Shown here: piece by piece, positions 1 to 12,777 of the stretch | How the letters are laid out: every line of letters begins with the position of its first letter | Position numbering within the stretch: position 1 is the stretch's first letter | Origin: the human T2T-CHM13v2.0 reference genome, Homo sapiens | NCBI RefSeq assembly: GCF_009914755.1 | Contig: NC_060928.1 | Reading direction: 5' to 3' (one strand) | Length of the DNA: 64,000 nucleotides | Made by a program: the position numbers and the translations under genes | Notes under the pieces: model-generated | Told to the model about the DNA's origin: nothing | The model's database searches: none | Seen by the model: only the letters and a program-made list of their open reading frames with translations

Positions 1-795
1 CATCGATGACCACTTAACATTGCTTCTACCTCTTGGCTTTTGCAAATGACACTGCCATAAATGTGGGTATATAAATATCTCTTTGAGTCCCTGCTTTCAA
101 TTCTTTTGGTTGTATACCCAAAAGTGGAATTGTTATGCTCCTATGAGAATTCTGTTTTTAAATTTTCTGAGGGACTGCCATATTGTTTTCTATGGCAGGT
201 GTAGTACAATTACATTTACCTTCCCAGTGGTAATGTACAAGAGTTTTAACTTCTCCATATCCTTACCAATATTATTTTGTTGCTGTAGCTATCATAATGG
301 GTATGAGGATGTATTTCATTGTGGGGTTCATTTGCATTTCCCTAGTAACAAATGATGTTAAGTATTTTTCCATGTGTTTATTGGCTATTTACATATCTGT
401 TTTGGATAAATGTCTATTTAAATCTGCTTTTTGTTGTTGTTGGGTTTTAGGAGATCTTGATAGATACTGGATATTAACAACTTATTAGATATGTGATTTG
501 CAAATATTTCCTCCCATTCTGTGCATTGTCTTTTCACTCTGTTGTTTGTATTCTTTAATACATAGATATTTTCAATTTTGATGTTGTCTAATTTATCTGT
601 TTTTTCTTTTGTTGTGTATGCTTTATGTGTCATATCTGATAAATCATTACCAAATCCACTGTCATAAATCTTTTGCCCTATGTTTTCTTTTAATATTTTT
701 AGAGTTTTAGCCCTTACATTTAGGGTTCATTCCCCTTTGGCTTATTTTTTGTATGTGGTGTAAGATATGGATCCAATCTCATTATTTTATATGTT
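1..795 (-). mobile_element. LINE-1 fragment (L1MB-like; end of ORF2/3' region), cut by the window start
   Basis: Antisense L1 3' sequence (ccctgctttcaattcttttggttgtatacccaaaagtggaattg; tttgcatttccctagtaacaaatgatgtt). Minus ORF 418..633 gives the ORF2p C-terminal-like peptide VKRQCTEWEEIFANHISNK. Confidence 0.85.
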
Positions 796-1674
796 GACTT
801 GAGCACACGTTTTTCTTCTGAGAATAAATACCCTGTGAATAAAATAGGAAGTATCAATGATGCATTTTGACTGAGTAGGACTGCTGTCTTCACATTGGTG
901 TGATTATCTAAGTTACAAGCTGAACTAACCACCTTTTTGTAGAATATGTTATGTTTTTTATTTGAAAGAATGACTAACAAGAATACTCATTATTCAGATG
1001 TAGATATTGGCAGTGATTAAATAAATAAATGATTTTACCACTTTAATGTAAATAATTCAGTCATTAATATCTTATCAAAGATAAATTTCAAACTCTCAAG
1101 GGATAATAAAATTTTTTGGAAAATTTAAGTGTTCGTCATTTATCATCTATAAGTGCAACAGCTTTCCAGCCTGACTTTTCTTATTAGATTAGTGGTGATA
1201 TTAACAAATGTAAATTTCCTGATATTGTATTTTAAATGTGTCAACACTTGGAAAATATTTTTACATCAATAAAGCAAAATTTCTTAATAATCAACAATTA
1301 AATGATGTTACATAATTATACATAAATTAAAATTCATTTTATGTGCAAGTTAGACAAATGATTTTTAATGTAACAAAATACAAAAATTCAGTAGCAGGAT
1401 TTTAGATTCCATATTGCAATTAATCTTTAGGAATTATTACTTGCGAGTTTTGGTGTAGTACCAGAGAAGTATATCTATAATTATCTGAAAAGACTATAAA
1501 AATATTCCTGTCATTTACAACTACACATCTATGTAAGGCTTGATTTCTATCATTTCCTTAAACCATAATAACATATTACAACAGATTGAATGCAGACAGA
1601 AGCAGATATGAGAATCTACCATCTTATATTAAGCAAGACATTAAAGTGATTTGAGAATAGAAAACAATGCCAAT
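796..1674 (+). mobile_element. hAT-Charlie DNA transposon fossil (Charlie1-like), degenerate transposase C-terminal half
   Basis: 1514-1546 translates FTTTHLCKA*F, matching the hAT dimerisation motif (PFPTTYLCEAGFS). It is followed by aacagattgaatgcaga (NRLNA) and agcagatatgagaatc...aagacattaaag, as I recall for Charlie1. Confidence 0.75.
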
Positions 1675-2000
1675 GGGTTATTGTTACCATGCCCTCTCAG
1701 TGGGCACACCTAGAAAAACATATATATTATATATATTCTTTATATGTGAGCATTATGTATACATAAAGAGTCAAATATCATATATCTATGATGTTTCTGT
1801 ATGTATCTACAATATATGTGTATTATAAAATCATGAATTTATACCAATAACTCATATTCCACTACAGCATTTGGTTGGGGGCTTTTTTAGTCTTCTCTCT
1901 ATGTTTATGAATAACTTCTCTGCTAATGAGAACCTTGAGTCTCTTTATCTATTTGCTCAGTGTAACCTGTCTCTCAACCATACTGACCATGTTCTCCCTG
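1675..2000 (-). mobile_element. L1MC4/5-like 3' UTR fragment
   Basis: gccctctcagtgggcacacctagaaaaacatata...aaatcatgaatttatacc...aatgagaacc resembles the antisense L1MC 3' UTR. Confidence 0.55.
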
Positions 2001-2363
2001 TAACCTTATCTACCCTATCCTCCAAACTACCTTCATCCAGTTCCCCAATTCTCACCATCATGTGTCTTTGGCCTTTGGTCCTGCAGCTGCACGCTATGAA
2101 GTATGGTATCTTTAGTTAGGAAGAAGTGTAATAGTGGCATAGTGCATGACTCAGTATATTCAGAAATTGAAGAAATATTAAGAAAAAGTTTGGCAAATAA
2201 AATGGTTTCATGATATTTTGTTCAGTAAGTAATATGAAAATAGATACCAACTTGCAAAATAAAACATAATTTCAGTGTGGAAAAAATGGAAAATGTTGCA
2301 GGGTATAAAACATTTGAACAGTTTATAGCTCTGAATTTGATACATCCTAAAACAATTACAACT

Positions 2364-2523
2364 TTAGGTTAGGCAAAGAGTTCTTAGATACGACACCATA
2401 GCATACTGCAAAATTGGACTGTGGTGATGGTTGAATAACTGCAAAGTTACTAAAAATCATTGAATTGTACTCTTAAAGCAGGATAATTTTATGGTATGTG
2501 TATCTTTAAAAAGCTGTTAAAAA
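2364..2523 (+). mobile_element. Old L1M composite fragment (short ORF2 piece joined to the extreme 3' end)
   Basis: ttaggcaaagagttcttagatacgacacca (ORF2 LGKEFLDTT) is followed by gtggtgatggttg...aaaaatcattgaattgtac...ttttatggtatgtg...aaagctgttaaaaa (L1ME/MB 3' terminus). Confidence 0.6.
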
Positions 2524-2734
2524 TTACAATCCATTGCAAAATAAAATTTAGACTTTAGGATGATTTAAAAAACTTCCTCAGAGATTTTAGGAACTGCCGT
2601 GAGAAATTTAACAGATTCCAGCCACCACTGGAAGCAGCTTAATAGGAAAGATGCCTGTGTGGCTTTTCCTGGACATATGAGCCAGCTTCATTTGGTTTAT
2701 CCTTTTAGGAATTTTGGTTGGGATGCAGATACAT

Positions 2735-3150
2735 TAACTGAACTCATATCTACTGAGTGCCTACTATGCAACCAGGCTCTGAAGTAGATGCTAGGGAGTC
2801 AGCAATTAACGAGACAGATTAGTTCAATGGTCCTTTCTCAAAGCATTTTCCCTCTGGTGAGAGATACAGGCAATAAACAAATACACAAATAAGGCAAATA
2901 AACAATGCAAATAAACAAACTATAGTTTCCAATAGTTATAACTGTTAAGAAATAAAACAAAGGAAAGTCATAGAAAATGGAAACGTTGAATAGGGGATCA
3001 GGAAAACACTTTCCATGGGGATGAGTTTGTCCTGGAACCCGAGTTTTATAAAGGATCCAGCTCATGAATATTGCGGGTACTGTGAGTGAGGGAGTGTTCT
3101 CCGTAAAGTCATGAATAAGCAACATGACTAAGGAGGAAAGAGTTTGGTGG
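2735..3150 (-). mobile_element. LINE-2 3' fragment
   Basis: tactgagtgcctactatgcaaccaggctctg...gatgctagggagtcagca...acagg caataaacaaata is the typical antisense L2 tail. Confidence 0.65.
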
Positions 3151-3315
3151 GGGACATCAGGGACACCTAGTCTGCAAGTAGCAGAAAACTTGGCCAAGTA
3201 GCTTAATCAAACCTATATTTACTTTCTGACTTAACACAAAGTTTGGGGTAGACAGATTTAGCAATAATTTGTTGGTTCAGTGTTATCAGAACCATGTGTC
3301 TGTGATTCTACTGAA

Positions 3316-4345
3316 CACTGGTGTGCTGCAGCCATCCTATGAGAGCCAGTTGTTAAATTTCCGGGAATTTGTGAATTGGTTGTGCAACACAGCCTTTATT
3401 AAAACTTAAATTTTATGAACTAACAAGATATGTTAAGAATAAAGGTAATAAATACTGAAAACTCATCATTTCTTAATTATTGTTCTACATTTCATTGTTA
3501 TGTATGCCCCTGAGATGATTTCTATCTGTTGGAACTGTGTGGTGGAAACACTGTATCATAGTGTGTTTATTGCATGCAGCTCTTCCTAACTTGATGCCGT
3601 TATGTCAAATTGCTGGCATTGAAAATACCATGGTGAAGATATTTACACCAAGTAAGTCACCAAATACTGCATATAAGGTCCCTCAGAAAAAGTAATTGTT
3701 AATAATGCCGCAATAAACATACGTGTGCATGTGTCTTTATAGCAGCATGATTTATAGTCCTTTGGGTGTATACCCAGTAATGGGATGGCTGGGTCAAATG
3801 GTATTTCTAGTTCTAGATCCGTGAGGAATCGCCACACTGATTGCAGCATTATTCACAATAGCAAAGACTTGGAGCCAACCCAAATGTCCAACAATGATAG
3901 ACTGGATTAAGAAAATGTGGCACATATACACCATGGAATACTATGCAGCCATAAAAAATGATGAGTTCATGTCCTTTGTAGGGACATGGATGAAACTGGA
4001 AATCATCATTCTCAGTAAACTATCGCAAGAACAAAAAACCAAACACCGCATATTCTCACTCATAGGTGGGAATTGGACAATGAGATCACATGGACACAGG
4101 AAGGGGAACATCACACTCTGGGGACTGTTGTGGGGTGGGGGGAGGGGGGAGGGATAGCATTGGGAGATATACCTAATGCTAGATGACGAGTTAGTGGGTG
4201 CAGTGCACCAGCATGGCACATGTATACATATGTAACTAACCTGCACAATGTGCACATGTACCTTAAAACTTAAAGTATAATAAAAAAATAAAAATAAATA
4301 AAAAAAATTAAAAAAAGTAATTGTTAAACATTTAATAGCGCACTG
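3316..4345 (+). mobile_element. MER63B-like hAT-Blackjack DNA transposon, interrupted by an L1PA2
   Basis: Left end cactggtgtgctgcagcc...gagagccagttgttaaattt; internal aaaggtaataaatact.aaaactcatca; right end ttgttaaacatttaatagcgcactg. Confidence 0.8.
3703..4311 (+). mobile_element. Young L1PA2-like insertion, 5'-truncated with 5' inversion (3703-3840 minus; 3841-4311 plus)
   Basis: Perfect 16-bp TSD aaaaagtaattgttaa at 3687-3702 and 4312-4327. The 3' UTR reads gctagatgacGAGttagtggg...aacctgcacaatgtg (GAG at the position where L1-Ta has ACA), with an A-rich tail. Confidence 0.95.
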
Positions 4346-6329
4346 TCGCTCTTGTGGCTTTTCCTCTATGGCAGCAAAATGTCAGCTGCAGCTCTAGTTC
4401 TGACTTTCATAGGGTTGAAGAAAGACTGAAGGGTTAGGGGTGGGGTGGAATGAGAGAGAGACAGGGATTAAGGCAGCGACTCCTAAATTAGAAAAGCAAA
4501 AGCAAAAGTGTCTCAGACCACTTCTGGAAGACGATATTGGGGAGAAGGGAGCTGGAAGTGTGGGTTAGCTAGGCCATTCAAGGGTTGCCCTAGTTTTGAG
4601 GAATACCGAGGACTGTGTGACTGGAGCATAGGAAATGAGAAATTGATGGGTGAAGGGTACAGATGGAGAAGTAAGACAAACATGATTAGAGAGTAGATGG
4701 TATTTTGTAACCTGCCCTTCCACTTAATATATCTTTTTACTTTATTAAGTATTCTACAACGCAATTTTGGAGACTTCAGAGTATTCCATTATTGAAATCA
4801 TTCTCTAAAGGGAATTCACTTAATGACTTAGCATATCGTAATCTTATTTAGTTTTCAGTATTTGCCATTCTTGGTCAACAGCCCAGGCCATGTTTACTTG
4901 TTTTTCATGGGGATAAGAAAGGGACAGGACATAATCTAGTTAAAAGTAGAAATTGGAAGTACTGTCAGGGGAAAATTTGCTATTTTCAGGTTTTTTGATT
5001 ATGGTATTTCATCTGGTAAAGTATAAGGAAAAAAGTAGAAAATAAAAGACAAATTTGACACCTTAGCCTTAAGCCTCTGCATTGAAATACAAGGGAAATA
5101 TTGTTCATATGTCAAGGGAAATAGGTTACAAGCTGAAGCATGCAAACCTCTTCACACAATCAAACGTACTGCCCAAAAGGAATTAATGGTATTCTACTTA
5201 TTTTCATTGAAATAAGGTTAGAGACTCCAGTTCTGTTAAAAATTTAGCAACTGAATGCCCAATTGAATTAATTGAACACTCTGGGAAAGAGAATTCTAGT
5301 TATTGCTTTTCTATTTTTCTAAACTTGTTGCTATTAAATCACAATAGGCACTTAAAGCCTGTGAAAGCATTGGCTATGGCACGAAAGTCCCCTAAGCTGC
5401 TTGGTTTCTGGGTGAACTTATTATGAGGAAAGGTCTTTGACTTAGCAACATTTAAAAGTTAGAGACTCCATCAATTTTAGAGCTTTTAGTTTCTGAAGAA
5501 AAATGAAAATAAATGAAGATTTTAACATGAAAAATATGCGATCTTTTTGTTTCAGAGTACATTTTTTTTCTTTTTCTATAAGATTTATTTAAGAATTAAG
5601 TGCTGTCAAACCTGTCTGGGGAGCAAAGATAATTTTTAGCCTAAAAGAAGACTGATCTTAAATGCAAACCAGAGGGATAATGGGACATTGAAAATCAAAA
5701 TGAAGGGAAACGTTGCTAATCTCTTTCCATTGAGAAAGAGTGCAATTTAAATTAAGGAAGCAAGGCTTTTCCCTCCTTTTCAATGCGATGTCGAAGTAGG
5801 GCAGGCTCTTCATATCAGACAAGAAATGTGCTGGAGTAAAGATTTTCTCCCCTCTTGCCATCAACAAGTTGCCTGAAATAAATACTCTATTTTAAAAAGA
5901 AATTTGACTGATAGCTCCCGTTTGCCTTTCAAATTATTATTTCATTTTTGTTTCCTATAGTTCAGCAATTTCTTTCAGAGAGCTACATTTCTGATCAGAA
6001 AGGGAAACTTAAAATGGAATCAAATAGTAAAAGAATGGTAGAGAAAGTTCTGTACACATCATTTCAAATGTCAGAATTACAGATGATGTGTTAACCTGTG
6101 ACATGTTATTCTGTTCTTACATTTTTTGATAAGTCAGGAATTCTAAGAATAATAAAACTGTGAAAAGCATAGATATTATTTCCTGTGAGAGCCTCTTTCC
6201 GTCTACCTACTTGCACTCCAAAGAACATGAAGAACCCCAGAAACTGCTGCCTTTTTGAAAAACACTTGAGATTTCTTCTGAAAGCAAAAGATTGGCTGTA
6301 TTTTGAATTCCTTACATTTACTTCCCCAA

Positions 6330-6510
6330 GTAATTTATTAAATGCTTAAATGTGTCAGCTATTCCCCCAAGTTTTTCATTGGTATTGCCTTATTTAATCT
6401 TCACAACAACCTTATGATATAGTAACATTATCTCCTTTTTACAGATGAAGAAATTGGGGCTTGGGAAGATTTAGTAATGTTGCACAGCCAATAAACAGTG
6501 GAATTACAGA
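6330..6510 (-). mobile_element. MIR SINE
   Basis: tatttaatcttcacaacaaccttatga...ttttacagatgaagaaattgggg is the antisense MIR core. Confidence 0.8.
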
Positions 6511-8399
6511 AGCGCTCATCCTTTTAATCATCGCAATTTGGTTTTCCCAATCATTTAATTGTCAAAAATTAGAGTAAAAAAACAGCTGTATTACAATAAA
6601 TAGTAAATGCTTTACCTCTCACCATCTGAGCCCTTCTTTCATAACTTCATATGGCAAGAAGGAATTGGGGATGGATGTACCTAGGTATTCATACTATAGA
6701 TTCATGAGTTCTTACCAGTAATTGGTAGAATAGAGAAGATGCAAAACTGATGGAGGAAAAAAAGCTAGAAGAAACACCAGGAAAAATATTGGACTACCTG
6801 AATTTTAATGGTTATAGACATTTTGAAAACTACCCACAGATAATTTTCAAAAAGCCTATATCTTAGAAGAAGCAATGAATATGAGTATGTATTATCTATG
6901 GATGCTGCTATTTAAAAATGTCAAAACCACTCATCACTCATTTCTAGATTCTAAAATTCCTGGAAATCCTTCTGTTAAGAAATTAGATGATTCCAGCTAG
7001 TTTGGATTTTTTTTTTAATCACCTTAGAGGTTGTACATATTGAACTGGTTGAACGAGAGTCAAAAATAATCTACATTCTTAAGAAAGTTTTGAATGCCAG
7101 AATATACTTATAGAAATAACTCCTTGAATTCTAAGACAGACTAGAGACCAAACATTTTTCAGTTTGGGACAAATGGGCCATAACAGCAAATTGGGTTAGG
7201 GTGACTTGAGGAAATGGCTGTAGAACATAGTGGATGAATTAAAATTTCTGCTCTGACCTGCAGATCTTTGTGAAAGTAGATGATGTAATTTTGGGGGAAG
7301 TATCCTCTGGCAGTATATAGATCAGGTTTTTGACATGTAATTTAATTATTTTTAATTGAGAGATTTCCAAAATTTTAATTTTTTGCTTGGAATAAAACTT
7401 TATTTCTATTTTATATTTCTCTATTTTAAATTTGCCCTATTAATTTTTATAATTTGAGACTAGATGCAAATTAATAAGATGCATTAGACAATTTAAATTT
7501 TTTTCTGGAGACTTTGCGAAAGGTAGAAGAAATACATTATTGCAGAAATACTAGATATATAGCATTTACAGCTAAAAGAAGATAAATTTTCCACCAAGAT
7601 TAACAGATGAAAACTGCTTTTTATTTTGTTGAAATTTTCAGTATATTTAGTTTTTTTCCTGAATTCTCTGATTTCATGAAATAGTTATCTCTCCACTTCC
7701 TGACATCACGTGGCACACAAAGCCAGAACTTACCCAATGGGAGGAGTCCATCTCATTGAAATTCTCTCTTACTAACTTAATCTATCCGAGTAAGGGGAAG
7801 TTACTGTATACTAAAATAACCAATGCCCCATGTCCTTCTGTAAAATTATCAGTTATTTTTTCATCATTCTTTTCCTTGAAAAACTTCACTATTCCTTAAA
7901 ATCCTAATATCTTCTATGACCTGTTTAATTAATCAATAATATAAATATGTTTTTCAACTGTCAGTTTTGTCTTTTTGGTTTTGTTTTTACTTAATCATAC
8001 ATTTGTATATTCTTAGTTCTAATGAGTTCTTATAGTAAATAAGAGTAACCTATTATTTTATTGCTTATATTGGTAGAGAATTTCTGATTTCTGTGAGGAA
8101 AGCCATACATATATGCAAGAAGTAGATCAAATATAAAAACTTAGACTATACATGAAAATAAAACAATGTGGCAGTATTTTGGAGTGAATATTCTCAGAGA
8201 TTAGTGAATTTAAATGATTGTTCAGATAAAATGCAATTGACCTTAATTAAATCAAGAACTGGTACTATAAAATGCAGAAGACTGGACATTCATGTTAGGG
8301 TATACATAGTTATAATCTGAGATAAAAATCCTGAAATGTCATTAAAATATATTTTAAGTGATCAAAAACATTTGCTTACTGTAATGAAATTAAAAGCTT

Positions 8400-8581
8400 A
8401 ATCAATCTGTGGGAAGGTAAATGGGACCACCATAGTTAAATTATATTGACCATAATTCATTCCAGGCTTAGGCTGGTATCTCTCTCTCCTGAAACACATG
8501 GTCAAATGGAAGAGAGTAAATTTCTGTTAAGGAGGAAAAGGAAAAAGGCTCTTAGGTGAACAACTAGCAGTATCTGTTTCA
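8400..8581 (-). mobile_element. MLT1 (K/L-like) LTR fragment
   Basis: Ends with ttctgttaaggaggaaaagg...taggtgaacaactagcagtatctgtttca, resembling the reversed MLT1 LTR start. Confidence 0.5.
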
Positions 8582-9998
8582 AAGAGCATGAGCCAGAGAC
8601 AAGATGAAAAGTTCATGTGCTATTGGGTTGTATAGAAGTTGCCTTAGTACCAATAAAGTTTCTATTTTCCTCTTTTGTACACACACACACAAACACACAC
8701 AAACATAAAGTTTATGTGTGTTGTAAATATCCACTAAAGATAATTTTAAAATATTCTTTCAGTGGGTGCATACATCCATCCATTGTTCTTTTTAAACATG
8801 TTTCAATGAGCAAGTTTGGGATTTATTCAATGGTGGCCCATCAGTACAAGGTCTGCTTACTCAAGAGTGAAGGAACTCTTGTCCCTTAATGGTATTAAGA
8901 CTCTGCTAACTCCCAAAGATCTCCAGGAAGATCTCATTCTGCATCCAGTGTTTACCACGGAGGATTGGTAAATAGAATTACAAAGGTCTTGACACTGAAG
9001 ACATCAACTATTCTACTTTATCTCTAGTTTTCTTCAGACTCAGTATAAAAATAGAAAGATTGCATTTTAGGAAAATATCTGACTTTTCTTCTCCATTTAT
9101 CTGATAAGACCTCACTGAATGCATTTTACTCCAATGCACTGTTAAAATAGTGTCAATTTTATTTCATACTTCACATACCTGACTTTATTTTATAGGTGGA
9201 GTTTTTCTCTAGAATGGTTGAACTACTCTTTGGAGTCATACAGGGTAAAATTCCAGACCCACGCTGTCCTGTGTGCTTGTGCCTCCATTAGAGACAATCA
9301 TGCTGAGCCATAATTTCGACTAACATTGTTGGCTTGATGACATGCAGGTTGACTTTTTCATCTTAACGGATCTGGGGGAAGGGAGAAGAGAAGCAATTTG
9401 GGGTTTGATGAGGTACCTAGCTGACACTTAGGCCTGGATTTCTAAAATGTCCTGAAGCTAATTTCAGAAGAAGTGGAGTTGATTTTTGGTAGGTCCCTGC
9501 TGCCTTTTGAATGGCACTTTATCCGTGGCTATTGGTTTTGATAGGACTATTATATAACCTGTTATTATTAAGTTCTGTAACCTTGGGCTGTCTGTGATTG
9601 TGAACTTTCTTTTGATAACTGGTTCAGATGCTTTTTACTATTTTGGTTCTGGAGCAGACTCAGGAAAATGCTGTTCACAAAGTTTTGCTTTATCAATTTG
9701 CACTAACTGATTTGAACTGCAATTAAAATTTATTTGGACGTGGAAGAGGCTTGCACATTCCTAAATGTCCAGTTAAGGGCCTTTATTAACGATTAAAATG
9801 TCATAGGATGCTGAGAGCAAACAAGCAGAAGATGAATATATCCCCTCCTGGTAACATATTCTTCACCTTCCTATCTGATCATATAGATTAATGTGTTGGT
9901 TTGTGAAAGGGTTGAAATTGGATAAACTCTGAAAGGCTGAGTTGAGGAGAAAAGGATTTCTTGGAATCCATCTGTCTTCATAAAAAATGTTGACTTTT

Positions 9999-10333
<335 letters not shown>

Positions 10334-11059
10334 TTATCTGTTTTGCAGGTGGCTCAGAGGCTGCAAGAGAACATTAAAATCTCTAAGGTTACCCCAGTCC
10401 AGATTGATCTTTGCTTTCATTTAAGTTACCCTTGGATCACAACTACAATATATGCAATAGTAACAGGGGAGTCACAATATAATATGGAAAATCTAGTTGA
10501 AATAAAAGTAAGTTAACTGTAAATTAAAGAAATATAAATATTAAATATAAAATGCCTAAAATTTCTCTTACCCAGTTAGCGAAAATTTAGAGTAGGTGGG
10601 AAATGAGGAAGTTCTGTATATGTGATCTGGCAGCCAGAGAAATTTTGCTACAGCTGAGTTGTAGAGTGACCATGAACTAGAAAAATTGGCAACATGTAAA
10701 ATAGTGGCAAGATATTCTGAATTAAATAGAAAGTGATAATAATAACACATGGAAAAGGGTAAAGCTGGCCTGCATGTGAAGGAGGAATTATGGCTTTTAC
10801 TTTGTGCTTCAAAGCTTTTGATGAACAAGTAAAATAAATGTTCAGGGCTAAAGCCTACAAGTCTGAAAAGGATTATGTCAAAAAAATAATAGATACTTTA
10901 TCATTTTGGAAAATATGAGAAATAAATATGATTTCAAAGTTAGACATTTTGAGGAATGAAGGAAAATCATTCTAAAGACAAGAATTATTCTTTAAGAGAA
11001 ATTTGTTTGCATAAGACACTTTATTGAGGATTTAACATGTTAGCACAGCATTGTATGTA

Positions 11060-11810
<751 letters not shown>

Positions 11811-12265
11811 AATTTGGAACAGTTAGATTCTGCTGTGATAATAAAAGACCCTGAAATTTCAAGAGCTTAAAGCAGCAAAGGCATATTTCTCACTTGCTAG
11901 TTCCACTAGTTTTTTATTTCCATAGATTATTGGGAGACAGGTGGTGTTTTGTTACATGAGGAAGTTCTTTCGTGGTGATTTGTGAGATTTTGGTGCACGC
12001 ATCACCCAAGCAGTGTACACTGCATCCTATTTGTAGTATTTTATCCCTCGCCTCCTTCCCACCCTTTCCTCATGAGTCCCTAAAGTCCACTGTGTCATTC
12101 TTATGCTTTTACCGCCACATAGCTTAGCTCCCACTTATGAGTGATAACGTACGATGTTTGGTTTTACATTCCTGGGTCAGTTCATTTAGAATAATAGTCT
12201 CCAATCTCATCCTGGTCACTGCAAATGCCATTAATTCGTTCCTTTTTATGGCTGAGTAGTATTCC

Positions 12266-12267
12266 AT

Positions 12268-12353
<86 letters not shown>

Positions 12354-12406
12354 AAACTTCCTTTCAGGTCACTCTGGACACAACTGCACATAAATGCCCC
12401 AAATGG

Positions 12407-12448
<42 letters not shown>
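12266..12448. repeat. Compound (TA)n microsatellite with G interruptions, containing a 54-bp foreign insert
   Basis: (TA)n at 12266-12352, insert at 12353-12406, (TA)n at 12411-12448. Confidence 0.97.
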
Positions 12449-12451
<3 letters not shown>

Positions 12452-12733
12452 TCTCACAGTTTCTTTATGCACTTGTTGATTGATGGGCGTTTGGTTCTGT
12501 TTTTGTAATTGCAAATTGTGCTTCTGTAAACGTGCATGTGCATATATCCTTTTCATATAATGACTTCTTTTCCTCTGGGTAGATACCCAGTAGTGGGATC
12601 GCTGGATCAAATGGTAGATGTACTTTTAGTTCTTTAAGGAATCTCCACACTATTTTCCATAGTGGTTGTACTAGTTTACATTTCCACCAGCAGTGTAGAA
12701 GTATTCCCTGTTTACCGTATGCAGGCCAACATC

Positions 12734-12735
12734 TA

Positions 12736-12777
<42 letters not shown>
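12734..12777. repeat. (TA)n followed by a poly-T tract inside L1PB
   Basis: taatatatatatatata then T27. Confidence 0.95.

Larger units (their letters stand above)
3160..4410 (-). mobile_element. MLT1 (K/L-like) LTR remnant, split by MER63B (pieces ~3160-3315 and ~4346-4410)
   Basis: tgcaagtagcagaaaact...gcttaa before the MER63; atggcagcaaaatgtcagctgcagctctag after it. Confidence 0.4.

Noticed and set aside
4120-4155. G-quadruplex motif (also ~31537-31558)
   Set aside because: Standard G-rich tract of the L1PA 3' UTR, already known.
5940-6045. Possible coding exon after the acceptor tttttgtttcctatag
   Set aside because: No convincing donor and no recognisable protein; such acceptors are common in T-rich DNA.
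12182-12610. ORFs with YIYIYI repeats (also 19425-19761)
   Set aside because: Translations of (TA)n microsatellites.
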